DNA of 40,804 nt, taken from Candidatus Hadarchaeales archaeon. Its GTDB lineage: Archaea; Hadarchaeota; Hadarchaeia; Hadarchaeales; JAWBSP01. The notes under the pieces were generated by a model. The model worked only from the letters and a program-made list of their open reading frames with translations. It was not told the origin of the DNA and made no database searches. The stretch spans positions 1-40,804 of the forward strand of contig JAWBSP010000011.1 of the NCBI GenBank assembly GCA_038842485.1. The letters run 5' to 3'. The number at the start of each line of letters is the position of its first letter. Within the stretch, counting starts at the first letter, position 1. This document shows positions 1-8,647 of this stretch, in pieces. The translations under genes were made by a program, and so were the position numbers.

Positions 1-1
1 T

Positions 2-1201
2 GAAGCTGTTGAGGCCGCCCTCCCCGCCGGTTACGTTTCCTTTTGTTTGAGGTATCCCACTTCCGATCCCAGGTACACCTCAGGGTTCTACTCTAGAGAG
101 GCCTATTATCGTCCCCGTCTCGAGGTCACCTACAACAGCCCGCCAGTGATCGAGAGTTATCAGGTTTCCCCCTCCCAGTCCGCTCCCTGGGGAACGCCTC
201 TCACCTTTACCCTCAGATGCTCGGATCCGGACGGGGACACCCTGAGCGTTACCCTGCTTATAAATGGGAACAGTTACGACATGAATCCCACGGCCCCCAA
301 CACCTTCCGTTACGTGTGGACGCCCGCCAAGGAGGAGGTGGGTGCCAAGAGCTTCCGTTTCAGGGTTACCGACGGAAGCAGGTCGGTTGAGAGCCCCTCC
401 TACAGCCTGTTGGTTGAGAAGAGGCCGAGTTCGCTGAGCCTCACATGTTCCCCCTCCACTAAAATCTCCTTCAACCAGAGGCTGACGCTGACCGGAACGC
501 TGAATCCCGCCCTCACTGGGGTGGCGGTTAACCTGACCCTGCTCGGGCCCGATAACGCCCTTACGAACAGGCTCGTCTACACTGAGGAGGGTTCCTTCAG
601 CCTAATCCTAGAGAACTGGACACCCTCCAACCTAGGGCGGTGGAGGGCGGTGGCGAGCTGGGCGGGAGATCGGTACTACGCGGGAGCGACCAGCCGCGAG
701 GTCAGCTTCGAGGTGACCAAGGCCAGCAGCTCGCTCTTCTGTACGGGTTTGGAAAACCTGACGAGGGCCGACCGGAAGATCATCGTCTCCGGCGGTCTCG
801 ATCCCCCCTTGCAGGGGCGGAAGGTTTCCCTTACCTTCAAGGTGGGGGGTGCAAGCTTCACGGAGGAGGTCACCACGGGCCCGGGGGGAGGCTTCTCTTT
901 CGAGTTCGAGCCCCGTGAGCTGGCCGAGAAGCATGGGGTCAAGGAGTGGACGGGTGAGTGGGAAATCAGGGTGGGTTGGGAAGGGAGTGAGGTGTACTTC
1001 GGGGCCGCGAGGCTCTATAGAATGCAGGTGCTCCCCCCTCTGTGGGTGGAGGAGTGGTTCCCTCTGGTGTCGGCCCTCAGCGTGGGAGCACTCGGTGGTC
1101 TGACGGTGGCGGTCGTGAGGATGAGGAGGACCTATCTTCCACAGAAGCCCAAATCGGGAGAGAAACTGGTTTTCGAACTGGTGAGGGCTGATGAAGCCTA
1201 G
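2..1201 (+). CDS. Membrane-anchored cell-surface protein with Ig-like beta-sandwich domains (5' truncated; N-terminal part resembles the end of a DNRLRE domain)
   Basis: Frame is open from the window edge. Contains FYSRE..RPRLEVTY, DPDGD and Ser/Thr-rich beta-strand repeats, and ends in a TM helix followed by basic residues. Confidence 0.7.
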   Translation, partial: EAVEAALPAGYVSFCLRYPTSDPRYTSGFYSREAYYRPRLEVTYNSPPVIESYQVSPSQSAPWGTPLTFTLRCSDPDGDTLSVTLLINGNSYDMNPTAPNTFRYVWTPAKEEVGAKSFRFRVTDGSRSVESPSYSLLVEKRPSSLSLTCSPSTKISFNQRLTLTGTLNPALTGVAVNLTLLGPDNALTNRLVYTEEGSFSLILENWTPSNLGRWRAVASWAGDRYYAGATSREVSFEVTKASSSLFCTGLENLTRADRKIIVSGGLDPPLQGRKVSLTFKVGGASFTEEVTTGPGGGFSFEFEPRELAEKHGVKEWTGEWEIRVGWEGSEVYFGAARLYRMQVLPPLWVEEWFPLVSALSVGALGGLTVAVVRMRRTYLPQKPKSGEKLVFELVRADEA

Positions 1202-1934
1202 GAGGAAGGTGGAGAGGACCGACTCAGCGATAACCCCCGTGAGCTGTCCCCACTGCAAGGCGCCCAACCCTCCCCTCACGCAGCTCTGTAGCCGGTGCGG
1301 CAGACCTCTGGCACCCGCACCCAAGCCAACCCCCGCATCGAGGAAGGGGGGATCTCTCATGGCATTCATCTCCTACCTACCGGCACTCTTCCTGTGCTGC
1401 CTGATTCTGGTTCACCTACTCACCTGGCCTCCCCAGCTCGAGAATTTGGGGCAGCTGGCGGTGCTGGGGTGGGTGGGGGTCGCCTGCCTGACCATCGCCT
1501 GCGCTAGGGTGCTGCGCCTGCTGGGTGCGCCGCCGGAGAGCATTCAGGGCTTGGGAGGGGTCTCGCTGGCGTGCTCCGTCAGCCTTCTCCCACTCTGGAT
1601 GGGCTTGGGCTATCTCATCCAAGTTCGGCTTTTCTACTTCCTCTCTTATGCGCTTCTCCTTTCGGCTGGCTGCGTGCTCCTTGCCCTCTGGCCCCACAAG
1701 CCCAAGAAGCCTGAGAAAGGGGTTGAGCTTCCCCTCCCCCCGGTTCCTGTGGGCCCCTCCGAACTGGAGAAGGTCCAAAAAAAGCTCCTCTCCTACATCA
1801 AAGAGCACGGGGGAGTCATAGAGAGGAAGAAGTGCTTGGTGGATTTGGGGCTCACGGACAATCTCTTCTTGGTCGCGGTCAGGGGCCTGGAGAAGAGCGG
1901 GAAGTTGAAGCTGAAGGAGGGGAATTTAATTTAG
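1191..1934 (+). CDS. Membrane protein with N-terminal zinc ribbon and a putative C-terminal winged-helix
   Basis: CPHC..CSRC motif, four hydrophobic segments and a charged C-terminal domain; overlaps the upstream stop. Confidence 0.65.
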   Translation: MKPRRKVERTDSAITPVSCPHCKAPNPPLTQLCSRCGRPLAPAPKPTPASRKGGSLMAFISYLPALFLCCLILVHLLTWPPQLENLGQLAVLGWVGVACLTIACARVLRLLGAPPESIQGLGGVSLACSVSLLPLWMGLGYLIQVRLFYFLSYALLLSAGCVLLALWPHKPKKPEKGVELPLPPVPVGPSELEKVQKKLLSYIKEHGGVIERKKCLVDLGLTDNLFLVAVRGLEKSGKLKLKEGNLI

Positions 1935-1950
1935 AGCCAGAGTAATCGTA

Positions 1951-3192
1951 ATGGACACCATAAAGGGTGTGAGAGCCCGTCAGATACTGGACAGCAGGGG
2001 CAACCCCACCATTGAGATCGAACTCGAGGTGGGTGCGGGAAGGGTGAGGGCGGCAGCCCCTAGCGGTGCGAGCAGGGGGAGGCACGAGGCGGTTGCCTTT
2101 CCCCAGGGCGGAGTAAGGGCCTCCATCGAGAGGCTGAGGCGGGAGGTGTTCCCCAAACTCATCGGGATGGAGCTCGATCAGGAGAAGGTTGACACCCTAC
2201 TCAGGGAGCTGGACGGGACTGGAAACTTTTCCAAACTGGGCGGCAACGCGGCCGTGGCCCTCTCGATGGCAGTGGCGAAGGCGGCAGCGCTCTCCTCCGG
2301 TGTTCCCCTCTACAAGCACCTGAATCCCGATGCCTCCGCTCTTCCTTTCCCCCTCGGGAACCTCATCGGGGGCGGGGCACACGCAGGGGAGTCCACCCCA
2401 GACATTCAGGAGTTCCACGTGCTTCCGGTGGGGGCTAGGAGCTTCTCGCAGGCGGTCTTCGCGAACGCCAAGGTCCACCAGAGGCTCAAGGGTCTGATTG
2501 GGAAGCGCGATCCGTCCTTTGCGGGCGGGAGAGGGGATGAGGGGGCGTGGGCGGCCAAGCTCAGGAGCGAGGAGGCGCTGGAACTCATGGCGGAGGCGGC
2601 CGAGGAGGTCGGGAGGGAGGAGGGGATAAGGATCGCCCTGGGGCTGGATCTGGCGGCGAGTGGACTTTGGGACGGTTCTGGGTACCGGTACAGAAGGGAA
2701 GGGAAGACCCTGAACGAGGAGGAGCAAATAGGGTTCCTCGAGGAGCTGGTTGGGACTTACGACCTCATCTTCCTAGAGGATCCCCTGCACGAGGAGGACT
2801 TTGAAGGATTTGCTAGGCTCACGGGGGAGGTGGGGAAAAAGTGCATCGTTTGCGGGGATGATCTCTACGTCACCAACCCCGAACGCATTGAGAGGGGCCT
2901 GAAGCTGCGCTCGACCAACGCCGTGTTGATAAAGCCCAATCAGGTGGGCACCCTCACCGAAACCCTCCAAGCCGTGAGGCTCACCCAGCAGGCCGGCTGT
3001 TTGCCCGTGATTTCCCACCGTTCCGGGGAGACCACGGATGAAACCATCTCGCACCTGGCTGTGGGATGGGGGTGTCCGATCATAAAGACGGGTGCGGTGG
3101 GGGGGGAGAGGGTGGCCAAGCTTAACGAGCTCATAAGGATTGAGGAGGAGCTGGGAGAGAGGGCTAGGATGGCGGACCTGAGATGGAGCTAG
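1951..3192 (+). CDS. eno: Enolase
   Basis: Motifs ILDSRGNPT, PSGAS, GDEG, EDP, GDDL, LIKPNQ, SHRSGET and IKTG. Confidence 0.98.
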   Translation: MDTIKGVRARQILDSRGNPTIEIELEVGAGRVRAAAPSGASRGRHEAVAFPQGGVRASIERLRREVFPKLIGMELDQEKVDTLLRELDGTGNFSKLGGNAAVALSMAVAKAAALSSGVPLYKHLNPDASALPFPLGNLIGGGAHAGESTPDIQEFHVLPVGARSFSQAVFANAKVHQRLKGLIGKRDPSFAGGRGDEGAWAAKLRSEEALELMAEAAEEVGREEGIRIALGLDLAASGLWDGSGYRYRREGKTLNEEEQIGFLEELVGTYDLIFLEDPLHEEDFEGFARLTGEVGKKCIVCGDDLYVTNPERIERGLKLRSTNAVLIKPNQVGTLTETLQAVRLTQQAGCLPVISHRSGETTDETISHLAVGWGCPIIKTGAVGGERVAKLNELIRIEEELGERARMADLRWS

Positions 3193-3791
3193 GGACGGTT
3201 GAACTTCTGGTTCCTCAGGACGTCTACCTCCAGAACGGCGTCCATGTGGGAACCAAGCAGCGCTCGGGGGACATGCGGCCCTACATCTTTAAGGTGAGGC
3301 AGGACGGGGTGGCCATCATAGATGTGAGGAAGACGGATGAGAAGCTGAGAGTGGCGAGCAAGTGGATAGCCAGGGAGGCGCCCGAGAGAACGCTCGTGGC
3401 TTCGGCCAGGCATCACGGTCAGCAACCGGTGGCGAAATTCGGGGAGATCACCGGCGTCAGGACCTCGCTAGGGAGGTTCATCCCGGGCACCCTTACCAAT
3501 CCACACCTTCCAACCTTCATGGAGCCCAGGCTTGTGATGGTCACGGATCCGGCCGCCGACGAGCAACTTCTGAACGAGGCCTCACAGGTGGGAATCCCCT
3601 GCATTGGAATCTGTGACACGGATAACTCCACCGCCAAGCTCGACCTGGTCATTCCCGCCAACAACCGGGGGAGGCGCTCGCTCGCCCTTCTGTACTGGAT
3701 TCTCGCCATGCAGGTTCTGAGGGAGCGCGGGACGCTGGCCTTGGATCAGCCCTTCCCTCACTCCATTGAAGATTTTGAAACCAAGACATGA
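3183..3791 (+). CDS. rps2: 30S ribosomal protein uS2
   Basis: GVHVGT, GRFIPGTLTNP, CDTDN and IPANNRG motifs; follows eno as in the conserved archaeal order. Confidence 0.97.
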   Translation: MELGTVELLVPQDVYLQNGVHVGTKQRSGDMRPYIFKVRQDGVAIIDVRKTDEKLRVASKWIAREAPERTLVASARHHGQQPVAKFGEITGVRTSLGRFIPGTLTNPHLPTFMEPRLVMVTDPAADEQLLNEASQVGIPCIGICDTDNSTAKLDLVIPANNRGRRSLALLYWILAMQVLRERGTLALDQPFPHSIEDFETKT

Positions 3792-4654
3792 GGCAACCGG
3801 CCGTCGCGGGGCAGTTCTACGAGGGAACGAAAGAGGGATTGCTCAAGCAGATTGAGTGGTGCTACAAGCATCAGATCGGGCCGCGGAAGCTTCCGGAGGT
3901 GAGGGAAGGCCCCCGTTCCCTTCTGGGCCTGGTTTCACCCCATGCGGGATACATGTACTCGGGCCCGGTTGCCGCCCACGGTTTTGTGGAGCTTGCCGCT
4001 GACGGAAGGCCGGATTCCTTCGTCATCCTCGGCCCCAACCATCACGGGCTTGGTTCGGGAGTCTCGCTCAGATCAGTCGGAAGGTGGAGGACCCCACTTG
4101 GCGAGGTTCTGATAGACACTTCTCTCGCAAAGGAGATCCTGAAGAACTCCGATCTCATCGACGACGAGGAGATGGCTCATCTATATGAGCACTCCATTGA
4201 GGTTCAACTCCCCTTCCTCCAGCACCTGTATGGGGAGATCAAGTTCGTCCCCATCTCGATGATGCTCCAGGACCTGAGGACAGACCTGGAAGTTGGCCGG
4301 GCTGTGGGGGAGGCCTGCCGCGGTAAGAACGTGGTGGTGATAGCCTCAACGGATTTCACCCATTACGAGCCCCACTCACAGGCCGTCAGAAGGGATCAAA
4401 TGGCGATCAAGCGAATCTTGGAGCTTGACGCTCGAGGGCTCGTTGAGACTGTTGAGAGGGAGGGACTGAGCATGTGCGGTTACGGACCCGTTGCTGCCAT
4501 GCTGGAGGCAACAAGCCTTATGGGGGCAAGAAAGGCAAAGCTCTTGAAGCATGCCACCTCTGGGGAGACCTCGGGCATGATGGGGGAAGTGGTGGGATAC
4601 GCCTCTATAGCGATTTACAAGCAAGCTTCCAGCGAGGAATTTTCTACTTTATAA
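3788..4654 (+). CDS. MEMO1 family / AmmeMemoRadiSam system protein B
   Basis: RQPAVAGQFY, PHAGYMYSG, GPNH, EHSIEVQLPFLQ, STDFTHY, MCGYG and VVGYAS motifs. Confidence 0.95.
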   Translation: MRQPAVAGQFYEGTKEGLLKQIEWCYKHQIGPRKLPEVREGPRSLLGLVSPHAGYMYSGPVAAHGFVELAADGRPDSFVILGPNHHGLGSGVSLRSVGRWRTPLGEVLIDTSLAKEILKNSDLIDDEEMAHLYEHSIEVQLPFLQHLYGEIKFVPISMMLQDLRTDLEVGRAVGEACRGKNVVVIASTDFTHYEPHSQAVRRDQMAIKRILELDARGLVETVEREGLSMCGYGPVAAMLEATSLMGARKAKLLKHATSGETSGMMGEVVGYASIAIYKQASSEEFSTL

Positions 4655-4655
4655 A
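4648..4655 (+). promoter_or_regulatory. Putative TATA box for the Cas2-like ORF / repeat array
   Basis: TTTATAAA about 25 nt upstream of the ATG at 4680, consistent with a leaderless archaeal transcript. Confidence 0.4.
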
Positions 4656-4679
4656 AGCAGCCATCCCAAATCCCTCGAA

Positions 4680-4888
4680 ATGAGAAACGTGCGAACGTTC
4701 GCAATTACGTGATTTATGACTTCAAAGGCAAGGCCCCGCGCAGCCTCTACTCCTTGCGTGAGAAGCTGGAATCGCTCGGGTTGGCGAGATGGATTCAGTA
4801 CAGTGTCGGGAGGTCGGGAAGTTGGAGGTGCCTTGGAAATAGCCAACTTCTGCGTCAGCGTGGGGCGAAAGCCTACCTCATGTGGTAA
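4680..4888 (+). pseudogene. Small Cas2/VapD-like (ferredoxin-fold) protein, apparently frameshifted
   Basis: Frame 4706-4888 reads YVIYDFKGKAPRSLYSLREKLESLGLARWIQYSV...LLRQRGAKAYLMW*, matching the Cas2-like pattern hhhYDh...G..xQxSV. The ATG at 4680 (MRNVRTFAI) is one frame off; GTG 4709 gives a 59-aa ORF. Confidence 0.45.
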
Positions 4889-5328
4889 AAGTTTGAGCTT
4901 GGGTAATTGCGAACGTTCGCATGTTCTGCCGGGTTTCACGATTTCCTCAGCTTGGAAGTGCGAACGTTCGCACCCTTTTGGCGACCCCGTTTTTGCCGAA
5001 AAATCTGGCTGGGGAGGGAGTAGGCATTTGCGAACGTTCGCACACTGTCTAGCTCAGCAGTTTGATTGAGGACTCGAGCTTTAAAAAGTGATCCATGTTG
5101 CGAACGTTCGCATCTTCCGACAGAACCCGAATGTTTTGGCTTGAGGAACTAGAGAGCCTCAGAGGTGGTTCCTATTGTGAACGTTCGCGTGTTTGTGAGT
5201 TCGAGAATCTCTCTGAAAGATTTCGGCCTCGAGTTGAGGTGTTGCGAACGTTCGCACCTCCAATGGGACCCACTGTTTTACAGGAAAAATCTAGGGTTGG
5301 TGAGGTAGGGGCATTGCGAACGTTCGCA
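4690..5328. repeat. Array of 14-bp palindromes TGCGAACGTTCGCA (8 copies)
   Basis: Perfect copies start at 4690, 4908, 4959, 5029, 5099, 5243 and 5315; a 2-mismatch copy (TGTGAACGTTCGCG) starts at 5176. Start-to-start spacings are 218, 51, 70, 70, 77, 67 and 72. Confidence 0.95.
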
Positions 5329-5591
5329 CTTTTCTTAAGTCCCGACCCTCCACCAAGGTTGTGTTAGAGTTTGGAGAGTGACCAAAAACTAGAGGTTGAT
5401 TGAGTCTTCTCGAGGGGAATTGCTCTCAAATCAAAATAGGAATGAGCAGACCAATTGTAGGAGCTTGGGAGCGTGATAACCAGTAAGTGCAGCCTTTCAG
5501 CTTGGGGAGAAAGGTTCCGCAAAGGCGTGAGTAAAGCCCATCGAAAATTGATGATACGGAGTTTTATTAGCAGTTGCGAAACCCCTAAAGA

Positions 5592-6662
5592 GTGGAGAGA
5601 AAAATTTCCAGAACTTTCGCCGGCTCTTGGCTTTTGGGAAGAATGCCCAAGGGCTGCAGTCTGTGCATTAGGGGCGCTAAACTCGTGCTCTTCGTAACCG
5701 GTCTCTGCAGGCGTGGGTGCTTTTACTGTCCGCTCTCCGACAAGCGGAGGGGGAAGGATGTGATTTATGCCAACGAGAGACCGGTGAGGCGGAAGGAGGA
5801 GATCTTGGAGGAGGCGAGATCCATGGGGGCCTTGGGAACTGGGATTACCGGTGGGGATCCGGCCCTCAGGTTTGAGCGAACCGAAGGCCTCATCCGCATG
5901 CTCAAGGCGAACTTCGGTTCCAAACACCACATCCACATGTATTGCATCTCTCTGACCCGCGGGCAGATCAGGAGGCTGAGGGAGGCGGGTGTTGATGAGC
6001 TGAGGTACCACACTTGGGACCCCTCGCAGGTGGAGCAGGCACTGGAGGAGAACGTGTTTGCGGGGGTGGAGCTGCCGAGTGTGCCTGGGAAGTTCAGGGA
6101 GCTCACCGATCTGCTTGCGGAACTGGATGAAATTGGATGCAGGTTCGTGAATCTGAACGAGTTGGAGTTTTCTGACACCAACCAGCGGGCACTCAGGGAA
6201 AGGGGTTTCGTGCTGAAGTCGGAGGAGTCCATGGCGGTGAGGGGAAGCCAGGAACTGGCCTTGAGGGTGCTGGGCTGGGCGAAGAGAAACACGAGGCTGA
6301 ACATCCACTACTGTCCGAGCTCCCTGAAGGACGGTGTGCAGCTTAGGAACAGGCTGCTCAGGAGGGCTAGAAGGACGGCCAAGCCCCACGAACTGATCAC
6401 CGAGGAGGGGACCCTCTGGCTTGGCATAGCCCACGGGATACCCAAGGAAAGGCTATGGGCGGAGAGGGATAGGCTGGTGAGGGAGGCTGGAATTCCCGCC
6501 CGCCTGGTTTATGTCAACGAGGAGAGGGGCAGGCTGGAGATGTCTCCCGAACTTGCGGAGAGGCTCTCCCGAAGGGTGAAGGGGATGAGGTTCGCCCTGG
6601 TGGAGGAGTATCCCACTTGGGATAGGCTCCAGACCCTTTTTCTCCCGCTGGAGGAGGGCTGA
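5592..6662 (+). CDS. Radical SAM protein (archaeal COG2108-like family)
   Basis: GCSLC, LFVTGLCRRGCFYCP (CxxxCxxC), GITGGDP, NLNELEFS and HYCPSSLKD motifs. Confidence 0.9.
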   Translation: MERKISRTFAGSWLLGRMPKGCSLCIRGAKLVLFVTGLCRRGCFYCPLSDKRRGKDVIYANERPVRRKEEILEEARSMGALGTGITGGDPALRFERTEGLIRMLKANFGSKHHIHMYCISLTRGQIRRLREAGVDELRYHTWDPSQVEQALEENVFAGVELPSVPGKFRELTDLLAELDEIGCRFVNLNELEFSDTNQRALRERGFVLKSEESMAVRGSQELALRVLGWAKRNTRLNIHYCPSSLKDGVQLRNRLLRRARRTAKPHELITEEGTLWLGIAHGIPKERLWAERDRLVREAGIPARLVYVNEERGRLEMSPELAERLSRRVKGMRFALVEEYPTWDRLQTLFLPLEEG

Positions 6663-7226
6663 ATGGTGCTGAGCGAGCTCAAGCCCCGCCTCGAAAACCT
6701 CATCCAGAGGCCCGCCCAGCTCCTTGTGGAAGCCGGGTTCACGCCCAACACCCTGACGGTCTGTGGCCTGCTTCTCTCCTTCGTCTGCTTTTTCGTTTTC
6801 GGGCGGGGGTGGGAACTGTTGGGCGGGCTGCTTCTGCTGGTGTGTGGATTCTTCGATGTTATGGATGGGGCGGTGGCGAGACTCACCGGGAGTGAGACGA
6901 CCTTCGGCGGTTTCTTAGATTCGGTGGTGGACAGGTATTCCGACTTCCTGGTTCTTGCCGGGATGATGGTGGGAAAACTGACCACCCTCTCTTGGGGACT
7001 TCTGGCTGTGCTGGGGAGCTTCATGGTAAGCTACACCAGGGCGAGGGCGGAGGCTGCCGGGTCGGGTAAGCTGGCGGTAGGGTTCGCCGAGAGGGGGGAG
7101 CGGTTGCTTATCCTCTCCTTCTTTTCCCTGGTGGGGCGTGCGAACTTTGGGGTCGCGCTCGTGGCAATCCTTGCGAACCTGACGGCCCTTCACAGGGTGC
7201 TTGTGGCTTGGGACAGGCTCACCTGA
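6663..7226 (+). CDS. CDP-alcohol phosphatidyltransferase, probable archaetidylinositol phosphate synthase
   Basis: TPNTLT, DVMDGAVAR..GGFLDSVVDRYSD, SYTRARAE and ERGERL motifs; adjacent to ino1. Confidence 0.9.
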   Translation: MVLSELKPRLENLIQRPAQLLVEAGFTPNTLTVCGLLLSFVCFFVFGRGWELLGGLLLLVCGFFDVMDGAVARLTGSETTFGGFLDSVVDRYSDFLVLAGMMVGKLTTLSWGLLAVLGSFMVSYTRARAEAAGSGKLAVGFAERGERLLILSFFSLVGRANFGVALVAILANLTALHRVLVAWDRLT

Positions 7227-7521
7227 ATTTTGCTTCCAGCTCCGCTAGGTATTTTCTGAAGCTTTCCAAGAGTTCCCTACCCTTTGGGGTGAGCCGGTAA
7301 TATTTTCTAGGTTTCCCTTCATTCTGCCACTGGGGGGTTACATGCCCGTCCTGCTCGAGCCTATGAAGGACGCGGTATGCGGCGGAGAGCTGGGGGGAAA
7401 AACCGAACCTCCTGGTGACCTCTTTTTTGAGTTGGTAGGCATACATTGGCTTTTCCGCCAGTATCCTCAGGAAGTAGGGCCACAGCATTTCCAAGGTGGT
7501 TTTTCGCTTGATCCGCCTCAT
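7219..7521 (-). CDS. PadR family transcriptional regulator
   Basis: PMYAYQL..Y.VLHRLE.DG.V..RKYYRLT.KG winged-helix signature. Confidence 0.9.
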   Translation of the reverse strand: MRRIKRKTTLEMLWPYFLRILAEKPMYAYQLKKEVTRRFGFSPQLSAAYRVLHRLEQDGHVTPQWQNEGKPRKYYRLTPKGRELLESFRKYLAELEAKFR

Positions 7522-7573
7522 CCGGAAATAAAAAATTTACTGAGGGTTTTTAAAATCGGTGGTGCCAAAGTGT

Positions 7574-8647
7574 ATGGGAAAAGTTAGAGTAGCAATTGCA
7601 GGGGTCGGGAACTGCGCCTCCTCTCTGGTTCAGGGAGTGGAGTATTACAAGAATGCCCGCGAAGACGAGAAGGTGCCGGGGCTAATGCATGTAAATTTTG
7701 GTGGCTATCACATCAGGGACATTGAGTTCGTGGCTGCCTTCGATGTCGATGCCAACAAAGTGGGGCGCGATTTGAGTGAGGCCATTTTCACGCCCCCCAA
7801 CTGCACGGTGAAGTTCTGCGAGGTTCCGAGACTGGGGGTAAAGGTCATGAAGGGACCGGTGCTGGACGGGCTAGGGAAGTACCTCAAATCCGTCATCCCG
7901 GTGGATCCAACTCAGAAGGAGGTGGATGTAGTAAGCGTGCTGAAGGAGACGGGAGCCGATGTTCTTATCAACTACATGCCAGTGGGGAGCTACGAGGCGA
8001 GCAGGTTCTACGCGAAGGCGGCATTGGAGGCGGGGGTCGGATTCGTGAACTGCATGCCCGAGTTCATCGTTTCCAGCCCTGAGTGGGGGAAGAAGTTCGA
8101 GGAGAGGGGAATCCCCTGTGCCGGTGACGACATAAAATCGCAAGTTGGGGCCACCATCCTGCACCGCACGCTGGTCAAGCTACTTGTCGACCGGGGGGTG
8201 AAGGTGGAGGAGAGCTACCAGCTGAACATCGGAGGCAACACGGACTTCCTAAACATGCTTGAGGAGGAGCGCCTCAGCTCGAAGCGCGTGAGCAAGACGG
8301 CCGCGGTGGCGAGTCAGATTCCCTATGAGGTCCCGCTCAGGATAGGGCCGAGCGACTACGTTCCCTTCCTCAAGGACAGGAAGATATGTTACATTTACAT
8401 AAAGGGGAGGAAGTTCGGTGACGTGCCGATCTGGATTGACGCAAAGCTGAACGTGGAGGACTCCCCCAACAGCGCAGGGGTGGTGATCGATGCGTTAAGG
8501 GCCGTGAAGCTTGCTAGGGATAGGGGGATAGGGGGGCCCCTTCTTTCAGTTTCGGCCTACTTCTTCAAACATCCACCCATTCAGATGTCGGACGAGGAGG
8601 CGAAGCAGGCGGTGGAGGAGTTCATACAGGGAAAGAGGGAGAGGTAA
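7574..8647 (+). CDS. ino1: myo-inositol-1-phosphate synthase
   Basis: [42 protein letters not shown] and DSPNSAG motifs; the ATG at 7574 is preferred as start. Confidence 0.97.
   Translation: MGKVRVAIAGVGNCASSLVQGVEYYKNAREDEKVPGLMHVNFGGYHIRDIEFVAAFDVDANKVGRDLSEAIFTPPNCTVKFCEVPRLGVKVMKGPVLDGLGKYLKSVIPVDPTQKEVDVVSVLKETGADVLINYMPVGSYEASRFYAKAALEAGVGFVNCMPEFIVSSPEWGKKFEERGIPCAGDDIKSQVGATILHRTLVKLLVDRGVKVEESYQLNIGGNTDFLNMLEEERLSSKRVSKTAAVASQIPYEVPLRIGPSDYVPFLKDRKICYIYIKGRKFGDVPIWIDAKLNVEDSPNSAGVVIDALRAVKLARDRGIGGPLLSVSAYFFKHPPIQMSDEEAKQAVEEFIQGKRER

Noticed and set aside
4690-4703. Similarity to the Gram-positive SOS box (GAAC-N4-GTTC) or the eukaryotic heat-shock element (GAAnnTTC)
   Set aside because: The SOS-box spacing is absent, and neither regulator is evident or expected here; such short matches are uninformative.
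4652-4888. Read-through fusion of MEMO1 with the Cas2-like frame (same frame after TAA)
   Set aside because: There is no recoding signal, the linker looks non-coding, and a shared frame has a one-in-three chance.
4908-5328. Canonical CRISPR array
   Set aside because: The conserved repeat is only 14 bp, the spacers are 37-63 bp and partly homologous to each other, and no cas1, cas6 or effector genes are in the window.
4649-5367. Track ORFs 4716-5069, 5095-5367 and 4649-4939 with recurring LRTFA/CERS peptides
   Set aside because: The peptides are just the DNA palindrome read in changing frames; the repeat spacings are mostly not multiples of three.
4655-5591. Replication origin (ORB repeats)
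   Set aside because: No TCCA-n-TGGAAA ORB with a G-string, no clear AT-rich unwinding element and no cdc6/orc1 nearby.
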